Below are positions 31,932 through 32,000 of a stretch of 32,000 nucleotides of DNA, piece by piece. Origin of the DNA: Candidatus Omnitrophota bacterium. GTDB lineage: Bacteria; Omnitrophota; Gorgyraeia; Zapsychrales; JANLHA01. Location of the stretch: positions 3,000,001 to 3,032,000 of the forward strand of contig OY759724.1 of assembly GCA_963662715.1 (NCBI GenBank), read 5' to 3'. Under the pieces are notes generated by a model. It worked only from the letters and a program-made list of their open reading frames with translations. It had not been told where the DNA came from and did no database searches. Numbering within the stretch: the first letter of the stretch is position 1; every line of letters starts with the position of its first letter. The position numbers and the translations under genes were made by a program.

Positions 31932-32000
31932 ATGCCAGGTGGTGATGGAAGAGGTCCAACAGGACAAGGTCGTGGTTTTGGCGGAGGGAACCCGGGGCCA
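31932..32000 (+). CDS. Second DUF5320-like protein, 3'-truncated at the window edge
   Basis: ATG at 31932 follows GGAGGTG. It reads MPGGDGRGPTGQGRGFGGGNPGP..., the same N-terminal motif as the 29965 start. Confidence 0.6.
   Translation, partial: MPGGDGRGPTGQGRGFGGGNPGP

Overview
The window splits into two compositionally different halves. I judged composition by eye and did not compute GC. Positions 1 to about 10300 are visibly GC-rich. They hold the 3' end of a tail-fibre-like ORF, then one tightly coupled + strand operon for a type IV pilus / type II secretion-like machine. Its genes are a GspL-like PilM-PilN fusion, a PilO/GspM-like protein with two carbohydrate-binding-like modules, a PilB/GspE ATPase, a PilC/GspF platform protein, a small secreted protein, a secretin and PilT. 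From about 10300 to 32000 the DNA is AT-rich, and every gene except one IS3-family element is on the + strand. This half encodes a TlpA-like thioredoxin, three orphan genes, a DHH phosphoesterase and a run of small accessory enzymes (VOC/glyoxalase, SAM methyltransferases, a GNAT-methyltransferase fusion, DUF1330). It continues with an OmpR/histidine-kinase pair, the IS3 element, a MipA-like outer membrane protein, a 1520-aa single ORF joining an RND pump to a TolC-like domain, and a Fur-family / DUF5320 / ferredoxin / NifX-like cluster. The most unusual signal is a six-copy family of intergenic mini-ORF modules that punctuate the accessory genes. Each has a conserved short peptide, an invariant TGA-CCG stop and a conserved open +1 frame, and I cannot assign it to any named element. 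A second short palindrome (GGGGACAGTCCCC) marks the 3' ends of four consecutive genes. I saw no rRNA, tRNA or CRISPR array.
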